Source: Neoconidiobolus thromboides FSU 785 (taxonomy: Eukaryota > Fungi > Entomophthoromycota). Taken from it: a stretch of 64,000 nucleotides of DNA. Below are positions 20,874 through 32,883 of this stretch, piece by piece. The first letter of the stretch is position 1. Every line of letters starts with the position of its first letter. The notes beneath the pieces were generated by a model. It had not been told where the DNA came from and made no database searches. It saw only the letters and a program-made list of their open reading frames with translations. A program made the position numbers and the translations under genes. The stretch is taken from the NCBI GenBank assembly GCA_025603075.1, contig MU626273.1:124001-188000 (forward strand). The letters are read 5' to 3'.

Positions 20874-21775
20874 ATGAGCAATATAGAAAAAGTAGAGAAC
20901 CAAAGATCAATGAGTTTAAGTAATGACAGCGACGAAAATCAAGTGATAGATGACAAAGACAATAGCAATAGTGAAGAAACAAATGAAACAGAAAATAAAA
21001 CGCAGTCTGAGTAAGTAATCCACTTTTAATAGTGAAATAGTACAATTTAATTTGATAGAGATAATTTGAAGCTACATGATTTAACTGTACAGGCCGATTA
21101 TGAGGGAAGTATAGTGCCACCACTTACACATAGTAATATACAAAGCGTTTTGCAAATAAATGAGGCTTTGATTGCACTTTTAGTTGATTATCAAAATAAA
21201 GATTGGGTTGATGATCCTAATTTTATAATGTAATTATGTCGCTAGTAATGATGTCAATAATGTCTAATGGAATTTATTTTATAGTTACCAAAAGCGACTA
21301 CAAACCAATCTAACTTATTTAGCTTCTGTTGCTGATCATTATCTTAACCCTCAGGTAATCAATTTTAAATTAAAGATTTGAAAAATAACTTATATCATGA
21401 TAGAACGGAGATGATACGTTAAAACATAAAATCCCATCGGTTCCTTCACGCGGTAGTAGAAAATTAAGTCCATCAAGCTTGAATGAAGTACTGGGCTACA
21501 CAGCTACTTCTGTTAAAGCTAAATTTAGCTCTACAGATCCAAGGCTTGCACTATTTGATAAATTAGCAGCGCTGAGGGTTGAAGAAAGTATGGCATATAG
21601 AGAAACGAAGCCAGAGTTTGGTACTGCAAAAAAGAATCCAGAACCTTCGCCTTATGATCTTCATGTTACTTATAAAGTATTTGATCCCCCAATCCATAGC
21701 TCTGAAGCTAAAACTAGCACTTTATTAGCACCGTTCCGATTGCCTAGTGAGGTTGAACTCCCCCCATTTAAATAA
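20874..21775 (+). CDS. SSXT/SNH-domain protein (SS18/CREST/GIF-like, SWI/SNF-associated), 4 exons
   Basis: Splicing three GT-AG introns gives LTHSNIQSVLQINEALIALLVDYQNKDW...YQKRLQTNLTYLASVAD, matching the SSXT pattern (IQ..L.EN..LI..I...QN......YQ..LQ.NL.YLA..AD). The last exon is the ORF-track entry at 21479-21775. Confidence 0.78.
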
Positions 21776-22092
21776 TTTATTTATAAAAATTTTGTTTTAA
21801 ATATGATGATGCTTTTTTTATTTTTTAAAAGGGCAATGGTCATCTTCATATATTACATAAGCACCGTGAATTTATATTATATAGTCTTTGAAGTTAACAA
21901 AGTAAATTATTTAAATTTTAAATTCAGTACAAGTAAATATTTTGATTTTTTAGTAAAATCGATATTTAAATCTATTTATTCTAAACTGCTAAAACATAAA
22001 TAACTATTAGATAACAACTTTTATTATTTAAGGATCTCAAAGTTAAAATTTATTAATGTTTAGTGTTAAAGTGGAATACCGATAGAAAATTA

Positions 22093-24759
22093 TTAAGCTT
22101 TAAACGAAGCTGGGGCTGAGTTTGAATTTGAACTTTTATCTGTACTCTCAGCCTCAAATTCATCTATACTTGTGGTACTAGTTTGGTCTCGATATTTACC
22201 ATTTTGTGCGACATGTAACCACTTTCTTAGTACACTTTGAAAATTATTATAAATTACCGGCTTTGATATATGATCATTCATTCCTAGTGATAGAAAGTGC
22301 TCTTGATCTGCTAATAATACATTGGCTGAAACGGATATAATTATTTGTTCGGAGTCAACTTTACGTATTTCTCTACAAACCTAATAAATTGCTATTAAAT
22401 CAGAATTAAAAGATTGAATTTGCAATTACCTCATCCCCATCCTTTTTTGGCATAGATTGATCTAGCAGTATAACATGAAATCCCCCCTTTGGTTTAGCAT
22501 AGTAAGCATCTAAAGCCGCTTGTCCATCTCCTACCATAGTTACTTCAATATCACCCATTTTCTGCAAATATCTCTTGAGGATAGCTTGATTAACAGGATT
22601 ATCTTCTGCGATTAAAATTTGGAATATTTTCGGTTGACCGTTTATATTTAGTTTTTGTAGTGTATTATTTTCATTCGAAGATGCTCTGCGCAATAAGTCT
22701 GGTCTTACACTTTTTGAGCCACGTGATGATTTCGATCTAGATGGACTTTTTACTATTGTATTACTATTTGTTGGATAAGGTAGCTGATTTGAAGTTCCTA
22801 AACATAATCGCATATTTGATCGGAATGTTTGGTGCCTTATGAGCTTGCTTAATGAAAAGTTTAATCTATTTTCGGTACTGTTCACTTTATATACCATTAA
22901 TGGTATTTCAACTACTATTTTTGTTCCCATATTAACTTCAGAATTAACGCTTATTTTCCCTTTCATAAGCTCAACCAATGACTTTGTTATTGCTAATCCT
23001 AGTCCGGTACCACCAAATGCACGCCTTTTTGATGTATCTGCTTGGATCCATGGTGAAAATATACTTGGTAAAACTTTAGAGCTGATCCCTATTCCACTAT
23101 CTATTATGGTGAATTCAAATAATAAATTCTCTTGATCTAAATGTTTAAACTTTGTTTCCAACTTGACCGAACCATTGAAAGTGAATTTAATCGCATTTGA
23201 AAGAAGATAGCTTAATAACTGGGAAAGTCTATTTGGATCTCCTAAAGTAGGTATCACCTTTTCGATTGGTGATATTTCAAATTCTAGGCTTTTACCAAGA
23301 GCTTTGGGCATAAAAATTTTGTTCAATTGCCCAAGAACATCTTTAATATTAAATGGGATACTTTCGATGGTTAATTTTCCTGATTCGACCCTTTGAAAAT
23401 CAAGGATATCTTCAATAACTGACATCTTAATATTATTAGAATAAATAAACAATGATTAAAGAATAGTTACTAGATTTCTTGCAGACTCATTTGTATGTTC
23501 CAAGAGGGCAAGTTGGTCTGAATCAATTATTGTTTCCATTAACATACATACATTTCCAACAATACCAAATATCTATTTTAAAAATAGGTTAAAAATAAAT
23601 AAAAGTATCGTGATTATTTTTACGGGTGTCCTTATTTCATGTGACATCATAGCTATAAATTCAGATTTCATTCTTGCTGTGGTTTGGGATGCTTTTTGTG
23701 CCAAAATTAATTCCTGTTTTTCTTGCTCAGCTTTTTTATGATCATGCACATCTATTTAAATAACTTTATCAGTATACAATACATATGTTTTAAGCTCATC
23801 TACCTGTAGCAGTAGTAACCCATCTTACTACCCTACCAGTGTTTTTCTCAAAAATTGGAACAGAATTTAATAAATACCATCGATATTGTGACTCGTCGAT
23901 ATTACTATTGGAAATAAAATTTTGCTTCTCCTCCAAATAATGGCTATAATGACGATATCTTATTTCAATTGTGTAAATAGCTGGCTCCTATTAGAATTAG
24001 GTAAAACACAAATAAATGATATAATTACAAACCTTTAGTAACCTAATGAACAGGGGCGCGAACCTTTTCCAATCTTCTGGATGCATACAAGCCTAAACTT
24101 AAATTTATATGGTGCTTAATATATTAAAAAATAAAACTACCTCCCAATTGCCTCCAACAGTTAATCCAAGGGTTTCATGAACTTTGCTATTATAATATCT
24201 ATTTTGAAAAGAATTAATATGGTTTAAGAAAATAACAATGATTTTACTCAGCATCCCCATTACCAGTTAAGCACCAAATCATACATGGTAAAGAATCTGC
24301 CAATAATTCAAATTCTTCCATTAATTTTTGCTTCCTTGATAATTCATGGATTGGCGCAACCTGAGGGGCATAAGTTACCGATGAAAAAGCGGATATATTT
24401 TTTATACCAACAGAATAATAAATAGTGCTATTCAAACTCCACTCTTTTACTTTTACGGAAACTACTTTACTCGAATTTGTAGAAGGATCATTTACATGAC
24501 AAAAACATAAATCAAGTATAGAAGTAGCTTGGTTCTCGCCATTTGCGTTGAGAAGTTTTGGAAGAAAATGACGATGTAAAAACTCCTTCAAAGGGGTTTG
24601 TAAAATGGACTGTTTATTTTCGTAACCTAAAATTATAGCAACAGATTCCGTACAATCAACAATAGTATTGATATCACAAATTAAAAGAGGATCTAAGCTG
24701 GCATTACATAGCAAATGAGCTATAGTTGCAGCATTTAAATTGACTATATCCTCAACCAT
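22093..24759 (-). CDS. Hybrid histidine kinase 1 (PAS-like, PAS, HisKA, HATPase, receiver), multi-exon
   Basis: PAS MHPED...YRWYL, H-box KSEFIAMMSHEIRTP, SNAIKFT, DSGIGI, GGTGLGLAI, receiver AEDN / LLDQSMP / ISKPV. Confidence 0.92.
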
Positions 24760-26287
24760 AAAAATAATTTAAAAGATAAATGACATAAAAGAACAAATTT
24801 AACATTTTAAAAAATAGTGGAATATAAGCCTAGACTTTGTTGATTTGATCTTAAGCTAATAGGATCTGCTAAATTTCCATCATTTGGAAGGAATTTGTCA
24901 AACTTTTGTATTAAATAATCATAAATAATTGTTTTTAATCATGTTTTATCAAGACCTTTATTTGTTTTCTCCCAACTATCTAATAATTAAATTCATAAAT
25001 TCATGCTAAAATTATGCAAAAAACACACTGATAAATGCTATTTTAGTGAACGTTTAGTTTGATTTACTATATTATAATATAAAGAAAATACAGTATTGGT
25101 ATAGTCTATACAATTTTTTTTATACAAGAAGAGCTTGATCGAAGTCTAGACTCTCAAATCTAGATTAGCTTATCATTTAATTTAATTATTCTTAGAAAAT
25201 ATAGATACATCACGTTTGAATAACTAGTTTGTATAACTTAACTTGAAATTGTTCCTAATAAAGAATTAAAAAAGACATTTTAAAATAATTCCTGCTTATT
25301 CCAAAATGGTAAATTAAAGCTTCTACTTCAAAGATTTATCAAAGTATTTTTATTTTCTATTTTTACTATGTAGATATAACTGAATATTAGCCTTAATGTT
25401 CAACTATGAGTTGTTTAATTTTATGAATGTAATTTATACAATTGTATATAACATATTACTAAAAATATTAAAATTTTATTGGTTTAAAAATCATGCAATA
25501 TTACACTACAACTGCTGTTATACCGCGATATTCTTTAAATTTTAAAGTTTTATTTACCTCAATATTTTTTATCCCCCAACTTTCTATTTGTGTAGTTCAA
25601 TTTTCCATCATTTTTTTTAAATACAATTCTGTTTGTTATAAACCTTGTTATTCCATGAGCGTTTTATTTGAGTCATTCACTGCCTTTTGATACACAACTA
25701 CTATGCCTTTATCACCATATTTCAGTTTTTAATTCGAATAAATAATTAATCATATATTGCGTACTTTTACTTTATTAGTTTTAAAAATTCATTAATCTAA
25801 GTTTAAAGTTAGAGAACTTAACTTCACAATAAGCCATACTTAAATATATTAGTATTCTTAAATGAATACATACCTTTTAATACTACTTTTAAATATAAGT
25901 TCTATCAACTGATGCATACATGCATGTACTTATAACTATGATTTTAGTGACAAAATAGCTATATTAAATCTTGCTTTTAGTATAATATAATATAATTTAT
26001 TAATATGGAAAATAGACTATAGAAGCAGTAATTATTAAAATATTTAAAATTTATGAATTATATTAATATTAAATAAGCTGAGTTAACTATTTAAATAAAT
26101 GAATTTAATAAATCCTATAATCTTTTAATGTTTGATTTTAATTTACAATGATTTTATTTGATTAAAACCATTTAACCAATTAAATTCGTACAATATACAT
26201 GTTTTTAAGCTTCTATAGGTTTTAAAGTTCTTATTTTTAAGCGTTTTATGTATTAGCATTATTAGTTTCAAGATTTTAGTAATAATA

Positions 26288-26386
26288 TGGGGCTGTTTTT
26301 TTTGGTTTCATTATTTTTCCATTTTTTAAGCGCTATTTGAGTGGAAAAACCGTTAGTAAAATTCTTAAACACAAAATACATCCCCA
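26288..26386 (+). mobile_element. MITE-like family 1, copy E
   Basis: TGGGGCTGT...AAGCGCTATTTGAGTGGAAAA...ACATCCCCA; TA / TA flanks. Confidence 0.88.
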
Positions 26387-26722
26387 TATTATATTTCTAA
26401 ATTTAATGTATTTTTTACATTTCAATGTTTTTATTATAAATCTAAGCCTTATGAAAATAATTAAAGTGGTCAGACAGATTTAAAGTAAAAATTCAATCAA
26501 GATCCTTATTTGTAAATTACTACATCAAACAATAAGCTTTAGACTTACTCTTACTTTTTAATTATTGCTATCAAAAAAATATTTTATTTTCGCTTAACTC
26601 GCACTATGAAACTTTTTTTAACTCTTGATATTCAATAAACACATAGTTTCTAAATTAGCATAAATATTACAAAATAATAAAACCTGCTATTTTAATAATA
26701 TCATTAATTTTATAGATATATA

Positions 26723-26820
26723 TGGGGATATGTTTTTTTGTTTAAGAATTTTACTATAATCTTTCCACCAAAATAGCGCTTAAAAAATGGAAGCATAATG
26801 AAACCAAAAAAACAGCCCTA
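26723..26820 (-). mobile_element. MITE-like family 1, copy F
   Basis: TGGGGATATG...AAATAGCGCTTAAAAAATGGAA...ACAGCCCTA; TA / TA flanks. Confidence 0.85.
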
Positions 26821-27482
26821 TATCTTTCAACTAAAGCGTTATACTAAAGTAAAAATTGTTTTTAGAATCGACTTTTATAATTTTCAAAAATGTGAAATAT
26901 CGCTTTGTCAGTCCCATGGTTAATTATAGCACAACAATCGCCTAAGCTGTTGTGTTCTTGAGTTCAGAGAAAATCAATCCCACGTTCTTAGTTTGATTTG
27001 CTATGAGAATTTCTAGCTCCATCCAAAAGAATATTATCTTCTCATTTTGATATCTATACTTTTCAGAGTATAAAACAGATTTTAGAGTACAGTAGTTCAA
27101 GGCTTTTTAACTGAATTATTCCCTGGTATCTCGAACATTTAATAAAGCCACTAAGTTTTCCTAATAGTATTTTACGTAGATTTTACATTAGTGTTGTCTA
27201 TTCTATTTGTCTTATATAGCTTGTAACCTATTATGTGCTATTCCTCATAATCCAAGTCTATCTTAGTCACATAAACTAAGACCTTTCGACTTATAGTGTA
27301 GTCAACCCACCAATAGCTGTTCTTGACTCCAAACCCTGAGTACCAGATTTCACAAAAAACAAAAAAAATCCACTATAAAGTAATAGAGGTACTTTGGGCA
27401 AAATGTCAATATTAAACTAATGGTTTGGTTAAGAAAACAATACTTTTTGTTTTAACTGAAATGAAAGATGAAAATCACTATA

Positions 27483-27577
27483 CGGGGATGTTTTTTTGGC
27501 TTCACTTTTTCCATTTTTAAGCACTATTTGAATGGAAAAGTTGTTAGTAGGATTCTCAAACAAAAAAATATATCCCA
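27483..27577 (+). mobile_element. MITE-like family 1, copy G
   Basis: CGGGGATGT...AAGCACTATTTGAATGGAAAA...ATATCCCA; TA / TA flanks. Confidence 0.82.
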
Positions 27578-27967
27578 TATTTTAAAATATAATTTACTTC
27601 AATATCTATTGCTATTTAGTTTTAGATTATTTAAATCATCCTAATGAATTTTATTTTGAGCTACATAGGTAGGTCAAAAAGTTTGTATGGTGAAGGGCTT
27701 AAAGGGAAGATAGATATAAATCCTTTACAGCAACGCATTGCGTATATTCGAAATATAACATACCCAAAGTTTCATATTAATTGAATTGCTCATCCTGCAA
27801 ATACAATTAAAATAAAAAACTATTGCAACAAAATTTTTGTTATAATTTTATATCTATCTTCTAACAGAAAATTGTCAAAATGTATTATGTTTCGAAGTTC
27901 TGACTATACATTAATAATGAAAAATCCAATTAACATTAAATATGCAGATATTATATTTATGACTATA

Positions 27968-28064
27968 TGGGGATGTATTTTTGTGTTTAAGAATTTTGCT
28001 AGTAATTTTTCCCCTCAAATAGTGCTTAAGATGGAAAAAGTAACGAAGTCAAAAAACATCCCCA
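27968..28064 (-). mobile_element. MITE-like family 1, copy H
   Basis: TGGGGATGT...CAAATAGTGCTTAAGATGGAAAA...ACATCCCCA; TA / TA flanks. Confidence 0.88.
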
Positions 28065-28565
28065 TATAATAATTTCATGTAAAAATATACACCTTGCAAT
28101 ACCACATTACCTTTGGAGTAAGCCTCCCTAAAACCTTATGGTATTTTTTCTTTAGATTTTATAATACATTTATGAATAAAACTGTATAAAATAGATTCAT
28201 TTATTCATTGTTATAATTTTAAATTTTTATAATTTTAACCACTTCGTATTTTATTAATAAATAGTTAATTATAAGGGTGAATGCTTGAACTAATTACAGC
28301 TATTTCAGCTCTATTACGATGTAAATGGCGATATCTTTTAGAACCAGTTATTTACTTAGGTGGCTTTTTTAGAGGCTGGTTCTTAAATTTGAGCTTAATT
28401 TTAGCTTAAATTTTATGTGTAAATGAACAATAAATTAAAGTGCAATAGAGTCACAATACCGATATCTTTAATGGCCAATTAAGTAATTGGATTGAGCTAT
28501 GCCAAGGTTGAGTTCATTATTTAAATTGTAAATAATTTTTTAGTTTGCTAGTTTACTAATTTATA

Positions 28566-29381
28566 ATGTCAAATCTTGAAAGTAATAACTATATTGTAAA
28601 ATAATAAATATACTAATTTCTAAAAGATAGCCTCTTTCAGTTAAAAGTAAGTCGTCAATTATGTGAAACGGATAATTTTGTCTAATAGCTTAGTTTACAG
28701 CCAAATCTTTAAACAGGCAATCAGCTAAAGCACTCCAAGAAGAAAAAAAACAAAAAACAAAATTAAAAAAGGTACTTTTAATTGACTATAATAGATACAA
28801 AAATAATATTAAATAGGCTTTACAATCCGGAAATATAGAAGGTGCGCGTATTCATGCTTCCGATGCCATTAGGAAAAAAAATGAGTCAATAAACCTTCAA
28901 CAATTGGCGTCACGCATTGATGCTGTTTCTTCAAGAGTACAAACCGCTGTAACTATGAGAAGAGTAATACTTTTAATAAATAAATATTTAATTATATAAC
29001 TATATATAGGTCACTAACTCAATGGGGAGTGTTGTAAAGGGAATGGACAGAGCCATGGAAAGTATGAATTTGGAAAAAATTTCAGCTGTAATGGAAAAGT
29101 TTGAGTCTCAATTCGAAGATCTTGATGTACAAACTGCAACTATGGAAGCTTCAATGGGTGGAGCTACAGCTCTAACAACACCGCAAGATGATGTAGAAGC
29201 TCTGATCCAACAAGTGGCTGATGAAAATGGATTAGAATTAGAAGCTGATTTGGCCAATGCCCCTAATGCAATGCCATCTTTAGCTAATCGTAATTCAACA
29301 AAAGTTGGTGTTCCTGTAGGTGCAGGTGGCTTTCAGGACGATGATTTAACAGCTCGCCTTGCAAAACTCCGCAACCCTTGA
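28566..29381 (+). CDS. DID2: ESCRT-III associated protein Did2/Vps46 (CHMP1), 5 exons
   Basis: The spliced product starts [21 protein letters not shown] and contains [56 protein letters not shown] and the C-terminal [14 protein letters not shown]. Confidence 0.92.
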
Positions 29382-29996
29382 CTATTCAGATATATTCAAC
29401 TCGATAATATTCCTTTGATGATAAACCAGTATATGATTTAGAAGTGATCGTTTAACAAAAGGATTTGGAACTTTTATATTAAATATAATAAACTCAATGA
29501 TTTCATAAGATTCATTAGAACAACAATTTAGTCATTATGTTTATTTTGCTATTCTATATCGTGTTTTTGGGTTTCTTAAACACTAAGGCAAAATGTATTT
29601 GCAGAACCATTTAGATAATTTCATAGTATTTCTAATGTCGATTTATTTATGAACAAAGTAGTCAAGGTGTTTTGTATTTCATGGACTAAGGATGTAGTAA
29701 TGAACTAATAAATACTACGAATAACTAGTACTTTAAATTTTAAGTGTCTAAAATAATTTGATCACAATAAACCTCTTAGAAGTAGAAATTGATAACGGCT
29801 TTTAACATATTACTATTATTGAAAAATATACGTTTGTCCTTTTACAAGGTATTTAAGATGTACACCAAATTGTATGCAAATAGATAATACTAATTAATAG
29901 CTTTAAAAAATATCTAATAAATGTTCTATTTTACTTCAAATAAAATCTAGTGTCTCTTACTTAATTTTGATAGTAAAAAACAAATCTAATCAAATT

Positions 29997-31832
29997 CTAA
30001 TTTCTAGCTTCAAACTCATTATAAAGCCCCAGTGTTTCTAATGCCATCTCTTGTTTAAGTGCAGTCTTACTCTTATCATTCCTAGCCAAGTCTAAAGACT
30101 CAAGGTACTCTTTTGATACGTCGCCGGTGATATAGCATCCATTAAAAACGGAAGTTTCAAATTCTGAAATCGAAGAATTGAATTGTCTACAAGAAGCAAC
30201 CAAGTCATCAAGATCCTAAAAAAGTTAGCATTCTAAAAAATAGAGTCAAATAAAATTACTTGGAATATAACTCTATCTGCTTTAATTTCTTCAGCTACCT
30301 CATCTACTGTACGGTTATGTGCTACCAACTCCCTAGAGGTAGGCATATCAATACCATAGACATTAGGGAATCTAAGTGGTGGCGCAGCGGACGCAAAATA
30401 AACCTTTTTAGCACCAGCTTCACGCGCCATTGATACAATTTCAGTACTAGTTGTACCTCTTACAATTGAATCATCAACAATTAAAACGTTTTTGTCGTTG
30501 AATTCTAATGCCATGGCATTAAGCTTACGTCTAACTGATTTTTTCCTGGCTTCTTGACCAGGCATAATAAAAGTACGTCCAACATATCTATTCTTAACAA
30601 ATGCCTCACGATACGAGATCTTTAAAGCTTTAGCTACTTCAAGAGCACATACTCTAGATGTTTCTGGAACTGGGATAACGACATCTATATCATTATCAGG
30701 TCCTAATTCCTCTACAACCTTTTTGGCTAAAGCTTCCCCCATAGCCATTCTAGAGCGATAGACTGAAATACCATCAATAGTAGAGTCTGGACGAGCAAAA
30801 TAAACGTATTCAAATATACATGGAGTAAATGGTGCTTCTGGAGCCAAGATTCTTGAACTGAACTTCTCATGAGTAACAATAATAGCTTCACCTTCATTGA
30901 TTGTTAATTTAATATTATTATGTTATTAAAAACATTTTACCTTTTTTAACATCTTTTATATTATTAAATCCAATACATTCAAGTGCTACACTTTCGGATG
31001 CAAAAGCATAATCTAATCCATGTGAAGTTTCTCTTGTACCGTAAACCAATGGTCGAATTCCATTTGGATCCCTAAATGCTAAAAGACCAAACCCGGCAAT
31101 CATACCTAAACATGCAAATCCACCACTGCAAGTTTTTTGTACATGAGAAATGGCTTGAAATAGATCATCTTCATTTATACTATTTAAGTAAAAAATTGTT
31201 AAACACTATGTATTAAATATATAAATTGTTGTAATTACCGAGCCTTTCCAGTTTGTTGAAGAGCATCGGCTAAAATGTTGAGAAGCAATTCAGAGTCAGA
31301 ATCTGTATTAATATGTCTGTGAGCTTCATGATCGAGATACTTTTTCAACCCTTTAGAATTTATCAAGTTACCATTCTATTATTATTATTATAAAAATATT
31401 CAAAGTTCACAATTATGAGCTTACATGTGCTAAAACAAGACCATATGGGGAGTTAACATAAAAAGGTTGAGCTTCTGAATTGCTTGATGTTCCTGCAGTT
31501 GGATATCTCACTTTTTTATTTATGAAATTAGTAATAGTAGAAATTCTTAAATTATTTTACCATGCCCAACTCCATAACTACCAACTAAATTTAAAATGTC
31601 TTTTTGATCAAACACATCGCGTACCATACCATTGCCCTTACGTTGGTATAGTCTACCATGTCCACCACATGTGACAATCCCTGCGGCATCCTATATTTAT
31701 TTAAACTACTATTCCATGCAATGTTATAATGATTACTTGTCCACGATGTTGAAGGAAAGTTAAAGTTTCACATACTAAAGGAGAAGCAGAGCTTTCTTTA
31801 TTAGCTAATAAAACTGCCGATATTCCACACAT
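29997..31832 (-). CDS. ADE4: Amidophosphoribosyltransferase, multi-exon
   Basis: N-terminal MCGI (Ntn Cys), LQHRGQ|[21 protein letters not shown] motif [19 protein letters not shown]. Confidence 0.96.
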
Positions 31833-32492
31833 TCTTCTAAAATCTTAATAAAAGTAACAAAGTTTTTTAACTAGTTTTACTCTTGGATTATTAAATAATT
31901 TTTGATTTTATTCTAATAACCCTTTCAAATTTTGGGACTTTTATTATTTTCGAAATTTTAGAAAGCTAAATAAAAAGCGGTTAATGACTATAAATAGAAA
32001 GTATTCGAGGATACTTTATTTTATTGGCTTTATGTTTAGAATTATACCTTTGAATGGGTAGGTTAAAGGCGAGTATTAACTAAGTTATAAGCTATTAGAA
32101 AGCAATTAGAAGTTACAAAAACTGTGTTAAACCTTAGCAAATTATGTATTTTGTTATATTTTAATATTTATCAAAGAACAGGAGAGACAAGGTTTTCATA
32201 ACAAGCCTAAATAAGTATATGATTTTAAGAGAAGGTGGTGACAGCCTCTGTGAGATTAAGCTCGTTTGATTGTCATGTTTTCCGTTTGTTACCTGGTTGA
32301 CATTGTTCGCCTTATTGCTCTCACCTCCCAACTATATAATCTTATTTTGACTTTTTTAATAAATCCTTATACAAAAAAGTTGAAATTAATATTGTAATAA
32401 AATAATATTTTATGAACAATAAATATTTTTATAAATACTGTGATGTTTTATTTCAATAGTAACTAGAAAGGCCAATTACTAATGTTTGTAAT

Positions 32493-32532
32493 AAAATCAG
32501 CAAAAAATCAGCAAAAAATCAGCAAAAAATCA
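32493..32532. repeat. Short tandem repeat (AAAAAATCAGC)x~3.5
   Basis: aaaatcagc aaaaaatcagc aaaaaatcagc aaaaaatca. Confidence 0.8.
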
Positions 32533-32883
32533 AAAGTTTTTAAAAAATTCAAATAGGACGAGTAAAGAACAAAAGTTTTTTAAGTAATTGTTGTAAGATG
32601 TATTTATTTGTGAGGATAATTTAAGAAACTTTTTTACACAAAAATTTGAATTTAATTTATATAATGAGTTAATTTCAACTTTTCAAAATGACAGCCTTGA
32701 GATATTCTATGATGAAAGTGAATCAAAACTAAATAATCACCCCACCATAGTGAACTACGTTTGAGTATAAAAATGTTTGATTGAAAACACTTCTCAACTT
32801 TCTCTACATCATTAAAAATAAATAATAGTACCCTTATTTATTTCATATATATATCATAATTAAAAAATGTATACAATAGCAAA

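Noticed and set aside
19944-22003. ORFs 19944-20129+, 20872-21123- and 21803-22003+
   Set aside because: Short with no motifs; 20872-21123 is antisense to the SSXT gene.
24251-24260. GCATCCCCAT matching the MITE terminus inside kinase 1
   Set aside because: It encodes NGDA in an intact exon; there is no other element sequence.
25490-25730. Minus-strand frame with coding-like composition broken by a few stops (LKYGDKGIVVVYQKAVND...), and ORF 25493-25690+
   Set aside because: No recognisable family; stop density is not clearly below chance. A tBLASTx or translated HMM search would be needed.
27872-28069. 65-aa ORF, and similarly 36501-36698+
   Set aside because: They run through MITE copies H and I; non-ATG or in-element starts, no motifs.
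32240-32280. TGAGATTA...TTGAT resembling part of a fungal TPP riboswitch
   Set aside because: The P5 hairpin and GCG..AGG elements are absent, and it is not in an intron of a thiamine gene.
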